Shown here: positions 10,490 through 19,074 of the stretch, in pieces | Layout: each line of letters opens with the position of its first letter | Numbering within the stretch: the stretch's first letter is position 1 | NCBI GenBank assembly: GCA_020723205.1 | Contig: DYJF01000002.1 | Span: 1 to 61,724, forward strand | Length of the DNA: 61,724 nucleotides | Source: Bdellovibrio sp. | GTDB lineage: Bacteria > UBA10199 > 2-02-FULL-44-16 > DYJF01 | Direction: 5' to 3' | The notes under the pieces: model-generated | The model's database searches: none | What the model saw: only the letters and a program-made list of their open reading frames with translations | What the model was told of the DNA's origin: nothing | Position numbers and translations under genes: made by a program

Positions 10490-11142
10490 GCCGATTCTAT
10501 GCGCACATAGATCTCTTTCGCCATCTCCTTGTCCACCGCGAACTGCGATTCTCCCAGCTCGAAGAAAAGGGAAGGAAAGTTCGAGAGAAGCTTCACGTGC
10601 GTGCCCGGGACGATGCCCATAGAAAGCATCAACTGCGCCCTCTTGGGATCGGTCGTCGAAAGATAGGCCACCTGACCTGTTTGCCCCGGCTTTAGATGCG
10701 ACACAGGGGAGACCGCCTGCGGAGCGATCCTTACACCCTCCTCGCAGCATCTTCCGGGCGGTATCGGGCGCCCGTGCGGACAGGTCTTGGGATGCCCAAG
10801 AAGGGTGCAGACGTTCTGGTCTATGCCGCGGTGCAGATGGTGCTCGAACTGGCAGGCGGTCTCGTGGATCATCTCTTTTCTCACCGCGAGGACGTCGGTG
10901 AGGAGGCGCTCCGCCAGCCGGTGGCGCCTCACTGCGTCGGAGGCGAGCTGCGCGCCCCTCGTCGTCATCTTTATCTCCTCGGCGCCGCATCGCTCGACTA
11001 TCCTCTCGTCGATGAGCTCCTTGAGCATTCGCGTGTCGGGCATCTCGCGAAGCCATGCGAGCTTCAAACAGTCGGTGTTCTTCTCCTCGCGCGCCACCCA
11101 CAGCGCCTCGAGTATCTCCTCCATCTGTTCCGTGATCTGCAT
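10486..11142 (-). CDS. DtxR/IdeR-family metal-dependent regulator with C-terminal FeoA (SH3-like) domain
   Basis: RRHRLAERLLTDVL, ACQFEHHLH and LLGHPKTCPHG match the DtxR metal sites. The C-terminus LKPGQTGQVAYL...MGIVPGTHVKLL...FAVDKEMAKEIYV is FeoA-like. I chose the start at MQITEQ because it leaves 10 nt after the feoB stop. Confidence 0.8.
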   Translation of the reverse strand: MQITEQMEEILEALWVAREEKNTDCLKLAWLREMPDTRMLKELIDERIVERCGAEEIKMTTRGAQLASDAVRRHRLAERLLTDVLAVRKEMIHETACQFEHHLHRGIDQNVCTLLGHPKTCPHGRPIPPGRCCEEGVRIAPQAVSPVSHLKPGQTGQVAYLSTTDPKRAQLMLSMGIVPGTHVKLLSNFPSLFFELGESQFAVDKEMAKEIYVRIESA

Positions 11143-11152
11143 ATCCGCTCCT

Positions 11153-12910
11153 TTATAATGTGACGCCGGCAAGGGTGATCGCCGCGTTCAGCGCTGCTCC
11201 CGTCATGAATGCGAAGACGAGAATGAAAAGGGATATCGCGGTCGCCGTCTTCCATCCCCGCTCCTTTATGGTGATCACCAGCTGTGCGATGCAAGGCAGA
11301 AAAAGCGTCAGCACGACGACCGATATCAGAAGCTGGTTTCCCGAGAGCCCTCCAGCGTTGGCGATGTCGTAGAGCCCCGCGGCGCCGTAGTCGCGGCGGA
11401 AGAAGCCGAAGAGGAAGGCGGGTGCCGCCGACGCGGGCAGGCCCATGAGGTCCAACGGCACGGCGAGCACTCTTATTATCCATTCGAAGGCGCCGGTCAG
11501 CTGTCCCAGCCAGATGAGCACACTCGCAATGATGAAGATGGGGACGATCTCCTTGAAATACCACGCCATGCGCACGTAGGTCTTGAGGAGCACGTTTCTT
11601 ATCGAAGGCAGCCGCATGGGCGGAACCTCTATTATGAAGGACGGCGGCGGTCCGGGCATGAATCTGGACAAAAGCGCGCCGGAAACGGCGAATATCGAGC
11701 AGATGATGACAGCCCACAAAACCAGCACGAGCGGTCTTTCGGAGAGAAGACCCATGATGACTCCCATCTGCGCCGAGCATGGGATGGTGAGGGACAGGAG
11801 TATCGTGGCTATCATGCGTTCGCGCCTGCTCGCGAGGGTGCGCACGACCATCGTGGCCATTGTGACGCAGCCCAGCCCCAATACCATGGGTATTACCGCG
11901 CGCCCCGAGAGACCAATTCGCTTAAAGAGCGAGTCCAGAAGGTAGGCCAGCCGCGGAAGATAGCCGGAATCCTCGATGACGGCGAAGACCAAGAAGAAGA
12001 GGACGACTATGGGAAGTATTATGGCGAACGCGTAGCGCAGGCCCAGCGTTAGTATCCCGAACTCCCCCACGAAGAGCGAACGGAGCCATTCCCACGGGAT
12101 GGCCCACTCTGCCGCGGATACGAACCACGGCGAGACGTAGGTCTCGTATGCGCCCTCCAGAAGATCGACAAGGGTCCCCGCGCCGAAGGCGCCCACGAAC
12201 TTGTAGAGGCCAAGGTACAATATGAGCGCAAGTATCAAAAATCCGCTTAAGGGCGAGACTATGAGCTTGTCCAGCCGGGTGAACTTCTTGGACCTTGGCG
12301 CCCTGATGAGCGTCGCCGCGACCACCTCTTGAGACATCCTATAGAGACCGCGGAGGCGCTTTTCGGAATAGGGGGGCACGCGGTAGGGCTCGAGGCAAAG
12401 CTCCTTGGACACGAGCTTTGAAAGCTCCCCCTCAAGCTGGTCCATGCCCTGACCGGTCACGGCCACGGTCGCCACGACCGGAAGGCCGAGCGACCGCGAG
12501 AGAGAGGCGGTGTCTATGTTCATGCCCAGAGAGATGAGCTCGTCGAACATGTTGAGCACGACGACGACGGGCCGGCCCGTCTCTTTGAGCTCCAGCGTCA
12601 GCGGAAGACTTCTTTCAAGGTTCTTCGCGTCTATGACGTGGACGATGAAGCCGGGCTCCTCCCTGATTATGTTAAGCGCGACGCGTTCCTCTTCCGTGAC
12701 GGGATAGACGCTGTATAGACCGGGTGTGTCCACTATCTCTGCTGCTATACCGCAGAGCTTCGCGGGGCCCCGGAGCACCTCGACCGTCGTGCCGGGATAG
12801 TTCGACACCGTCGCGTACCTTCCCGTGAGGGCGCCGAATATCACGCTCTTGCCGACGTTGGGACTACCGGCGAGTATGATCCTTGGGTTTGCACTTCCTG
12901 CAGTATCCAT
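11153..12910 (-). CDS. feoB: ferrous iron transporter FeoB
   Basis: The G-domain reads LAGSPNVGKSVIFGALTG...DTPG...VVLNMFD, followed by a polytopic membrane domain. Confidence 0.93.
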   Translation of the reverse strand: MDTAGSANPRIILAGSPNVGKSVIFGALTGRYATVSNYPGTTVEVLRGPAKLCGIAAEIVDTPGLYSVYPVTEEERVALNIIREEPGFIVHVIDAKNLERSLPLTLELKETGRPVVVVLNMFDELISLGMNIDTASLSRSLGLPVVATVAVTGQGMDQLEGELSKLVSKELCLEPYRVPPYSEKRLRGLYRMSQEVVAATLIRAPRSKKFTRLDKLIVSPLSGFLILALILYLGLYKFVGAFGAGTLVDLLEGAYETYVSPWFVSAAEWAIPWEWLRSLFVGEFGILTLGLRYAFAIILPIVVLFFLVFAVIEDSGYLPRLAYLLDSLFKRIGLSGRAVIPMVLGLGCVTMATMVVRTLASRRERMIATILLSLTIPCSAQMGVIMGLLSERPLVLVLWAVIICSIFAVSGALLSRFMPGPPPSFIIEVPPMRLPSIRNVLLKTYVRMAWYFKEIVPIFIIASVLIWLGQLTGAFEWIIRVLAVPLDLMGLPASAAPAFLFGFFRRDYGAAGLYDIANAGGLSGNQLLISVVVLTLFLPCIAQLVITIKERGWKTATAISLFILVFAFMTGAALNAAITLAGVTL

Positions 12911-13289
12911 ACAGCTCCAGCTTATGCGATGTGATCGAGAATGAGTGGGAGAGGGCGACCTGCCTCTGTATCTCTTCGATCTTCGGGTTAATGAATTCGA
13001 TCAGCGCGCCGCATTTTGTGCATATCAGATGATCGTGGTGTTTCTTTCCGCCGACGAACTCGTAGCGCGTAAAACCGTCGTGGAATTTCTTCGATTCGGC
13101 CAGCCCTTGGGATTCCAAAAGTTTCAGCACTCGCCAGACCGTCGTGTACCCGACCTTCTGGTCTATCTCCCGCGCACGCTCGAAGAGCTCGTCCACGGTG
13201 AGATGGCCCTTCGCCTCCGTGAACGCCTTCATCACCGCGTCGCGGCGCCTGCTGCTCTTGGGGGCTATGGTTTTAAGAATATCGTTCAA
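12864..13289 (-). CDS. fur: Fur-family transcriptional regulator
   Basis: HLTVDELF...GYTTVWRVLKLL...HHDHLICTKCG...YGYCRKC matches Fur. The 3' end overlaps the feoB start by 47 nt. Confidence 0.9.
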   Translation of the reverse strand: MNDILKTIAPKSSRRRDAVMKAFTEAKGHLTVDELFERAREIDQKVGYTTVWRVLKLLESQGLAESKKFHDGFTRYEFVGGKKHHDHLICTKCGALIEFINPKIEEIQRQVALSHSFSITSHKLELYGYCRKCKPKDHTRR

Positions 13290-13298
13290 TCGCCGCCT

Positions 13299-14132
13299 CT
13301 AAAAAACCTTATGCTCTATTGAAAGATAGAAGAGCACGCCGTAGTTGCCGCTCGAGGGCCCGAGCCCTATCGGCGCGGAGATGCCCGGCACTATCTGCAT
13401 TCCTGACTTGAAGTTTATCGCGCACCTGAATCCCGGGTTTATGAACACGAAGTGCTCGCGGTCGGTATTTTCGTCGGGAAAGACGATCACGTTCGAGGTC
13501 CAGAGTGCCTCCACCAAGAAGTTGAAGTCCTCAAGCGCCAGCCAGACGAGGGAGCCGGAGAGGTTGTGGCCCCACGCGTTCGCGTCCCCGCCCAGCGGGC
13601 CCTTCTTTTGCGGGATGAAGACGGCGGCCGCGTTCAGATGGGTCACGAAGTAGTCGGAGAGGTCTATGCTGACCGGTATGCGAAGCTCGAAGCCGTACGT
13701 CCCGTAACCCATGCCCTTCTTGTAGTCGCCGGTGGGAAAGCTCACCGCGAAGGCGGGGGCCATCGCGAAGCGTTTTTTTAAGAAGAGCTGGTAGCGGTAC
13801 TCGAGAGCGACGTCGCCCAGACCCGTGCCGTCGCCGCCCCCGTGCAGCACCGGCACCGCGTAGGATATCTGGTTCTTCTCGTCGGGGACGGGCCACTCCT
13901 GAAAGAAATAATAGGCCCACGTGTAGTTCTCCTCCAAGGCGAATATCTGTATGTGCTGCACGACGCCGTATGGCTGATTGTAGGCCTCCTCCAAAAGAAA
14001 GGAGTTGTCGATTATCTTGCGACGTTCGGGCCTCGGTGCTTCAAGCCCTTCCGCGAAGAGGTTTGAGGAGAAGAGAACGCAGACTGCGGCGATGAGGACC
14101 CTTTTGAGCATGAGTGTGGAAATGAAACCCAT
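13299..14132 (-). CDS. outer-membrane beta-barrel protein (MetA-pathway/transporter-like family suspected)
   Basis: It has a signal peptide (LIAAVCVLFSSNLFAEG), alternating aromatic/Gly beta-strand patterning and a C-terminal ...YLSIEHKVF. I chose the ATG start at 14132; the ORF track uses TTG at 14144. Confidence 0.55.
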   Translation of the reverse strand: MGFISTLMLKRVLIAAVCVLFSSNLFAEGLEAPRPERRKIIDNSFLLEEAYNQPYGVVQHIQIFALEENYTWAYYFFQEWPVPDEKNQISYAVPVLHGGGDGTGLGDVALEYRYQLFLKKRFAMAPAFAVSFPTGDYKKGMGYGTYGFELRIPVSIDLSDYFVTHLNAAAVFIPQKKGPLGGDANAWGHNLSGSLVWLALEDFNFLVEALWTSNVIVFPDENTDREHFVFINPGFRCAINFKSGMQIVPGISAPIGLGPSSGNYGVLFYLSIEHKVF

Positions 14133-14160
14133 TTTCAATATCAAGTCAAGGGGTATTTCG

Positions 14161-14321
14161 GCGCCGCCGATGCGGTAGGGGTGAGTGCCAGAGGGACGGC
14201 GTCGTTTTTAGGGTACGGCCCAAAAACGCGCCTTAACTCTCGGCAGGCGTATCATCATAGCCATCGTTACGCCTGCCTCCGAGATACCCTCTGGCACTCA
14301 CCCCTACCGCATCGGCAGCGC
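14161..14321. repeat. 161 nt palindromic (MITE/REP-like) element with 30 nt perfect terminal inverted repeats and nested inner hairpins
   Basis: GCCGATGCGGTAGGGGTGAGTGCCAGAGGG (14166-14195) is the exact reverse complement of 14287-14316. The arms extend to 35 nt with one mismatch. An inner inverted repeat pairs GGCAGGCGTA with TACGCCTGCC. Confidence 0.7.
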
Positions 14322-14378
14322 ACTTCATTGGGTTGCAAAAAATGAACGAAGATGTATGAAGCTGTTTGGAGGTAGGCA

Positions 14379-16127
14379 ATGGAACCGATACGGGCTCCGC
14401 GGGGAGGAAAGCTCACATGCAAGGGCTGGGTGCAGGAAGCCGCCATGCGCATGCTCATGAACAATCTCGATCCCGATGTGGCCGAGCGCCCGGAGGATCT
14501 GGTCGTTTACGGCGGGAGGGGGAAGGCGGCGCGCGACTGGAAGTCGTATAACCTCATCATAGAGACCTTAAAGAAGCTAACCGATAACGAGACGCTCCTT
14601 GTGCAATCGGGAAAGCCGGTGGGCGTTCTGGACAGCCATCCCGATGCGCCGCGTGTCATTATCGCCAACTCGAACCTAGTGGGCAAATGGGCCACGTGGG
14701 AGCATTTTTGGGAGCTGGAAAGAAGGGGCTTGATGATGTTCGGCCACATGACGGCCGGTTCGTGGATATATATCGGCACGCAGGGCATCCTGCAGGGGAC
14801 ATATGAGACATTCGCGGTAGCAGGCAAAAGACATTATGGGTCGAAATATGCCGTTCGTGGTGAGCTTGTCGAACCACGCACGAATAGGCCCTTGGATTCG
14901 TCCTTCGACGTGCTCAGGACGAACGGCGCCGCAGCGCCTTTGTCTGGAAGATGGATCCTCTCCGCCGGCCTTGGCGGTATGGGCGGGGCACAACCCCTTG
15001 CCGCCACGATGAACGGTGCGGTCTTTCTGGGAATAGAGGTGGATCCGGACCGTATTCAAAAACGGCTAAATACCAAATACTTAGACGTACAAGCTAAAGA
15101 TCTAGATGATGCTTTAAAGCTCGTTGATAAAGCGTTGAAAAACAAGGAAGCTTTGTCAATCGGCCTGTGCGCCAACGCCGCCGACGTATATCCGGAACTT
15201 TTCAGGCGCGGCGTCAAGCCGGACCTCGTCACCGATCAGACCTCGGCCCATGACCCCTTGAACGGTTATGTCCCGAACCGAATGACGCTCGCCCAAGCGG
15301 TCGAGCTTAGAACGAAGGATCCCAAGGCGTATCTCACGGAATCCTACCGCGCGATGGGAGAACACGTGGAGGCCATGGTCGCGATGTGCAAGGCAGGCAT
15401 TCCCGTCTTCGATTACGGAAACAACATACGCGCGCAGGCGATGGAGCACGCCGGCGTCAAGGAGGCGATGATCTTTCCGGGCTTCGTGCCCGCCTATATC
15501 AGGCCGCTTTTTTGCGAGGGGAAGGGGCCGTTCAGGTGGGTGGCCCTCTCCGGCGATCCCGCCGATATCGCACGGACCGATCGCGCGATCATGGAACTAT
15601 TTCCCGATAACGGACCGCTCAACCGCTGGCTCAAGATGGCGCAGGAAAAAGTGAAATATCAGGGCCTGCCTGCGAGGATATGCTGGCTTGGTTACGGAGA
15701 GCGCGAAAAAGCGGGACTTGCCTTCAACGAACTTGTGAAGAAGGGAGAGGTGAAGGCCCCCATCGTCATCGGGCGCGATCATCTGGACTGCGGCTCGGTA
15801 GCCAGCCCCATGCGCGAGACGGAGGCGATGAAGGACGGAAGCGACGCCGTCGCCGACTGGCCCATCCTCAATGCGCTCATCAACGCGGTCAACGGGGCGT
15901 CGTGGGTTTCCTTTCATCACGGAGGGGGAGTGGGAATGGGATACTCGCTCCACGCAGGGCAGGTGATCGTCGCGGATGGAACCGATGCAGCCGCGAAGCG
16001 GATCGAACGCGTGCTCCGCTCCGATCCCGCGATGGGAATATTAAGACACGCCGATGCGGGATACGAAGAGGCGGTCACCGTTGCAAAAGAGCGCCACGTC
16101 AAGATCCCGGGGATGACGTACGGATAG
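14379..16127 (+). CDS. hutU: urocanate hydratase (carries a 32-codon in-frame repeat insertion)
   Basis: [14 protein letters not shown]...[10 protein letters not shown]...[10 protein letters not shown]...[13 protein letters not shown]...[14 protein letters not shown]...[13 protein letters not shown] matches HutU along its length. Confidence 0.94.
   Translation: MEPIRAPRGGKLTCKGWVQEAAMRMLMNNLDPDVAERPEDLVVYGGRGKAARDWKSYNLIIETLKKLTDNETLLVQSGKPVGVLDSHPDAPRVIIANSNLVGKWATWEHFWELERRGLMMFGHMTAGSWIYIGTQGILQGTYETFAVAGKRHYGSKYAVRGELVEPRTNRPLDSSFDVLRTNGAAAPLSGRWILSAGLGGMGGAQPLAATMNGAVFLGIEVDPDRIQKRLNTKYLDVQAKDLDDALKLVDKALKNKEALSIGLCANAADVYPELFRRGVKPDLVTDQTSAHDPLNGYVPNRMTLAQAVELRTKDPKAYLTESYRAMGEHVEAMVAMCKAGIPVFDYGNNIRAQAMEHAGVKEAMIFPGFVPAYIRPLFCEGKGPFRWVALSGDPADIARTDRAIMELFPDNGPLNRWLKMAQEKVKYQGLPARICWLGYGEREKAGLAFNELVKKGEVKAPIVIGRDHLDCGSVASPMRETEAMKDGSDAVADWPILNALINAVNGASWVSFHHGGGVGMGYSLHAGQVIVADGTDAAAKRIERVLRSDPAMGILRHADAGYEEAVTVAKERHVKIPGMTYG
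14844..14939. repeat. 96 nt palindromic repeat element inserted in-frame in hutU
   Basis: It encodes [32 protein letters not shown] between RHYGS and [16 protein letters not shown], where HutU normally has no residues. It contains the inverted repeats GTGAGCTTGTCGAA / TTCGACGTGCTCAG and CGAAT/ATTCG. These are the SLSNH / FDxLRxNG-type repeat seen in other frames in many environmental genomes. Confidence 0.7.
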
Positions 16128-16260
16128 GAACATCGTTTTTCATCGTGGTTTATCGCTGTCACATCGCTTTTCGATCGAAGTGTTATTGCAGTTGAAAGCA
16201 GAGAACAGATAACAGAGCGAGAGAACTGTGAACTGAGCGACAAAGCGAAGAGAACAGGGC

Positions 16261-16407
16261 TCATGGGAGGGCTCTCACTTGCACGTATGCCACGCGAAGC
16301 CGTGATTTGAGAGAATCCAGCCCTCTGCTTTCGATCAGCCCGAATGCGTGGGCAAGATCAAGAGCCGCCGCAACTTCGGCGATCGAGCCGAGCGAGATTC
16401 GAAAGAA
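16261..16407 (-). pseudogene. fragment of a four-helix-bundle (23S rRNA IVS-type, PF05635-like) gene, helices 3-4 only
   Basis: The minus-strand translation FFRISLGSIAEVAAALDLAHAFGLIESRGLDSLKSRLRVAYVQVRALP parallels FFEIARASAVEVSACIDLASSFGLMPP...VSKMLWALIR of the neighbouring plus-strand gene. Confidence 0.5.
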
Positions 16408-16639
16408 CCAGCTGCGTCGCGCCATTGCTTCGGTCGTTCTCAATATCGCGGAAGGAAACGCGCGCAGAAGCGCAGCGGAACGCCGCCGCTTCTTCGAGAT
16501 CGCGCGTGCTTCGGCTGTGGAGGTCTCCGCATGCATCGATCTTGCGTCCTCCTTCGGCCTGATGCCTCCGCTTCAGGCAAATGCCGTAAAATCCGGTCTG
16601 ACAGAGGTCAGCAAGATGCTCTGGGCACTTATCAGGTGA
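16307..16639 (+). CDS. four-helix-bundle protein (23S rRNA intervening-sequence protein family), N-terminus atypical or replaced
   Basis: QLRRAIASVVLNIAEGNARRSAAERRRFFEIARASAVEVSACIDLA matches the family core. The first ~34 codons are antisense to the fragment at 16261-16407. Confidence 0.6.
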   Translation: MRESSPLLSISPNAWARSRAAATSAIEPSEIRKNQLRRAIASVVLNIAEGNARRSAAERRRFFEIARASAVEVSACIDLASSFGLMPPLQANAVKSGLTEVSKMLWALIR

Positions 16640-16656
16640 TCAGCCCTCAACAAATT

Positions 16657-16741
16657 CCCTCCCCCTTGATGGGGGAGGGTCGGGGAGAGAGTGAACACGT
16701 ATGCCCCTTTCCCGCCCCTTGCATTGCCACAGGGAGGGGGG
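16657..16741. repeat. two adjacent G/C-tract REP-like hairpin elements
   Basis: CCCTCCCCC-ttgat-GGGGGAGGG (16657-16679) forms a perfect 9 bp stem. CCCCTTTCCCGCCCC...GGGAGGGGGG (16704-16741) is imperfect. They translate as PSPLMGEGRGEGE-type pseudo-peptides, typical of such repeats. Confidence 0.6.
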
Positions 16742-16763
16742 TAAACGATGGACGGTAAAAACT

Positions 16764-17549
16764 ATGGCAAAAAGGGTGTTGCCGATTATTGCGATCATTT
16801 TACTTGTCTCGCCCCTGTTCTCCTATGACGGGCCGGTGGGCGTCACATTTCGCGCTCCTTTGATACAAAACGCACAAGTATCACTCGCCCTGATGAGCGT
16901 TCAAAGCGAGATCGTAAGGGATGCGACATGGAAAAATCCAAGGGACCGGGCCTTTCCTTCCGATTTTGCGGCGACGAAGGCAAATACTACGATAGTTCTC
17001 ACATTGGTCAATTCCGGTGATTCAAATATCAGGACAAAATTGCTTGTGCCGTACGACGCCTCTGCGACATCGGGTACGGGCTTCACTGAACCGGAGAGTG
17101 CTGAAGCGACCCTGAACGGAAAACCGTTGAAAATGGAAAATGGGTCTCAATTTCGGAAAGGCGACGGCATGGTTGTCGTGAGGAGTTACGCGGCCGATAT
17201 TGAAATCGAAGCCGATTCGACGGTAATCCTCAAGATAAAGACGGTCCATCCGCTGGCCTTAAACCCATGGTACAGCTTTGTTTTTCATGACGAGAGAGAG
17301 CTGTTCAAAGGGTTCAATGAGTTATTCGGCGATGGGTCTCGAGTGCAATTCGAAATATGGAGCACTGACAGATCGATCGGGGACAGCCGCTGCGAAGTGC
17401 GCTTCGCTCTCCAAAGCGGAGAATACGAGAGTCGGCGTATAAAAATATCGGATCTGACAAAACGATTCTTTGCCGAAAACATCAAGCCCTCCGAAATAAG
17501 AAAGATCGTGATCTCCCCGCCGCTTGCAATGCGGAATAGAGGGGAGTAA
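16764..17549 (+). CDS. secreted hypothetical protein (261 aa)
   Basis: It has the signal peptide MAKRVLPIIAIILLVSPLFS. I recognised no family. I chose the internal ATG of the 16701 ORF. Confidence 0.6.
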   Translation: MAKRVLPIIAIILLVSPLFSYDGPVGVTFRAPLIQNAQVSLALMSVQSEIVRDATWKNPRDRAFPSDFAATKANTTIVLTLVNSGDSNIRTKLLVPYDASATSGTGFTEPESAEATLNGKPLKMENGSQFRKGDGMVVVRSYAADIEIEADSTVILKIKTVHPLALNPWYSFVFHDERELFKGFNELFGDGSRVQFEIWSTDRSIGDSRCEVRFALQSGEYESRRIKISDLTKRFFAENIKPSEIRKIVISPPLAMRNRGE

Positions 17550-18098
17550 ATGGCGGCAGAAATGGATATCGGGGTGAACAGGGACGTGATCATCAGCGCG
17601 TGCGTCGCAGGACTTGCGGCGGGAACGGCGGCGATCGCGGCGCTCATCGTGCGGCTGCGGCGGATGCTCAAGGAGGGCGTGGAGTGCGAACTGCCGGTCA
17701 TCCCCCGCCAGACGTTCGAGTTCTGCGCTCCCGGGGAAAAATATCTGCATCTGCAAGGGCCGCGCTTCTCGACGGCCTTTTGGGGGGTCAAACTGGCGCT
17801 CAAGGACGAGGCGACGGGGGAGCCGGTCCCGCTTCGGGGAGTCATTTTCCGCATGGTCACAAGCGGGATATCGCGCGCGCGGATATTCACGCACCGCTGC
17901 ATGATAAGCCATGCGGGCCGCTACGAGCTCACGATATCGGGGATCAGGGAAGGGACCGACCCCGCATCCGCGGGCGTCGTCTTCACAAAACCCTACCGTG
18001 CGCGGGCGGTACTTTTCATCTTGGGGCTCGTGTTCGCCGGAATGCTCACGGTCGCGAGTATCGTCTTCGGCATCATGGCGCTTGCACATCCCATTTGA
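17550..18098 (+). CDS. hypothetical membrane protein (182 aa, TM helices at both ends)
   Basis: The N-terminal TM is VIISACVAGLAAGTAAIAALIV and the C-terminal TM is AVLFILGLVFAGMLTVASIVFGIMAL. The start abuts the previous stop. Confidence 0.55.
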   Translation: MAAEMDIGVNRDVIISACVAGLAAGTAAIAALIVRLRRMLKEGVECELPVIPRQTFEFCAPGEKYLHLQGPRFSTAFWGVKLALKDEATGEPVPLRGVIFRMVTSGISRARIFTHRCMISHAGRYELTISGIREGTDPASAGVVFTKPYRARAVLFILGLVFAGMLTVASIVFGIMALAHPI

Positions 18099-18148
18099 TA
18101 ATGTAGGAACAATTTAGTAGTACGTGCATCTATAAAAGGGAGGGGAAG

Positions 18149-18631
18149 ATGAAACTCAAGGGTTATTTTGCGGCGGCGGTTGGGACGATAATTGTTCTTT
18201 CGGCGGCGGGTGTCGCTATCGCTCAGTCGGAGCTCATCGTTTATCCGGCAAAGGGCCAGTCCGAGACAAAGATGGGAAAGGACAAGACCGAATGCCAGTC
18301 GTGGGCAGCGAAGCAGTCGGGCGTCGATCCGGCGGCTCATACCCAACAGGCCGCCGCTGCCGAGACGGGCCCCAAAGGCGAGAGGTTAAAGGGCGGGGCG
18401 CGCGGCGCTGCTGGCGGAGCGGCTATCGGCGCGATCGCGGGCGACGCCGGCAAAGGGGCGGAGATAGGCGCTGTCGCGGGCGGCATGAGGGGCGGGATGG
18501 AAGAGCGACGCGAAAAACGCGCGGAACGCGCGGCGGAAGCGAAGGCCGAACAAGTTGAGGCGCAGGACAAGGGCACGTTCAACAGGGCGTACGCCGCCTG
18601 CCTCGAAGGCCGCGGATACACCGTGAAATAA
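18149..18631 (+). CDS. glycine-zipper (YMGG/SlyB-like) secreted protein
   Basis: It has a signal peptide and the Gly-zipper GGARGAAGGAAIGAIAGDAGKGAEIGAVAGGMRGG, and ends in CLEGRGYTVK. Confidence 0.65.
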   Translation: MKLKGYFAAAVGTIIVLSAAGVAIAQSELIVYPAKGQSETKMGKDKTECQSWAAKQSGVDPAAHTQQAAAAETGPKGERLKGGARGAAGGAAIGAIAGDAGKGAEIGAVAGGMRGGMEERREKRAERAAEAKAEQVEAQDKGTFNRAYAACLEGRGYTVK

Positions 18632-18642
18632 GGGAGCTCATC

Positions 18643-19074
18643 ATGAAAAAGATCAAGCCGATCGTCGGCCTCGTTCTGTTTGCGTTGCTCGTCTCTTCCG
18701 CGGCGGAGGCGCAGTGGGTGTTCCTCGCACGCAAGGGGATGGGAAAGATAAGACAGATGCAAAGCGACAACGCGGACGTCGCCGCGGTTATCATCGAGGC
18801 CAAGGCGGACGACGTCTACGCGAAGGCGTTGAGCACCGTGCAGGGAAAGGGAAATCTGCAGATACTCGGAAAGGACGACGCCGAAAGGACGCTCGGCTTC
18901 ACGGACGGAGAGAGAAAAGTGAAGATGAAGGTGAGCGAACTCGGCGATAAGGTGAGCGAGATACTCATCACCGCGGCGCCGGCGCCGGGGAAAGAGAGCA
19001 CAAGCTCCATCGTCGTGGAAAAGATAATGGAGGTGTGCCGCGCCGTGAAGACCGAATGCCACCTGTCGAAATGA
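18643..19074 (+). CDS. secreted hypothetical protein (143 aa)
   Basis: It has the signal peptide MKKIKPIVGLVLFALLVSSAAEA. I recognised no family. Confidence 0.55.
   Translation: MKKIKPIVGLVLFALLVSSAAEAQWVFLARKGMGKIRQMQSDNADVAAVIIEAKADDVYAKALSTVQGKGNLQILGKDDAERTLGFTDGERKVKMKVSELGDKVSEILITAAPAPGKESTSSIVVEKIMEVCRAVKTECHLSK

Noticed and set aside
10109-11101. 330 aa Arg-rich minus-strand ORF spanning the TlpA-like and DtxR-like genes
   Set aside because: It overlaps two genes with clear family signatures. Its extreme R/G/A/P content and lack of motifs indicate a frame artefact.
14844-14939. The hutU insertion as an intein or intron
   Set aside because: At 32 codons it is far too short for an intein and has no Cys/Ser-...-HN splice junction residues. 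It has no group I/II intron features. Its palindromic repeat structure explains it better.
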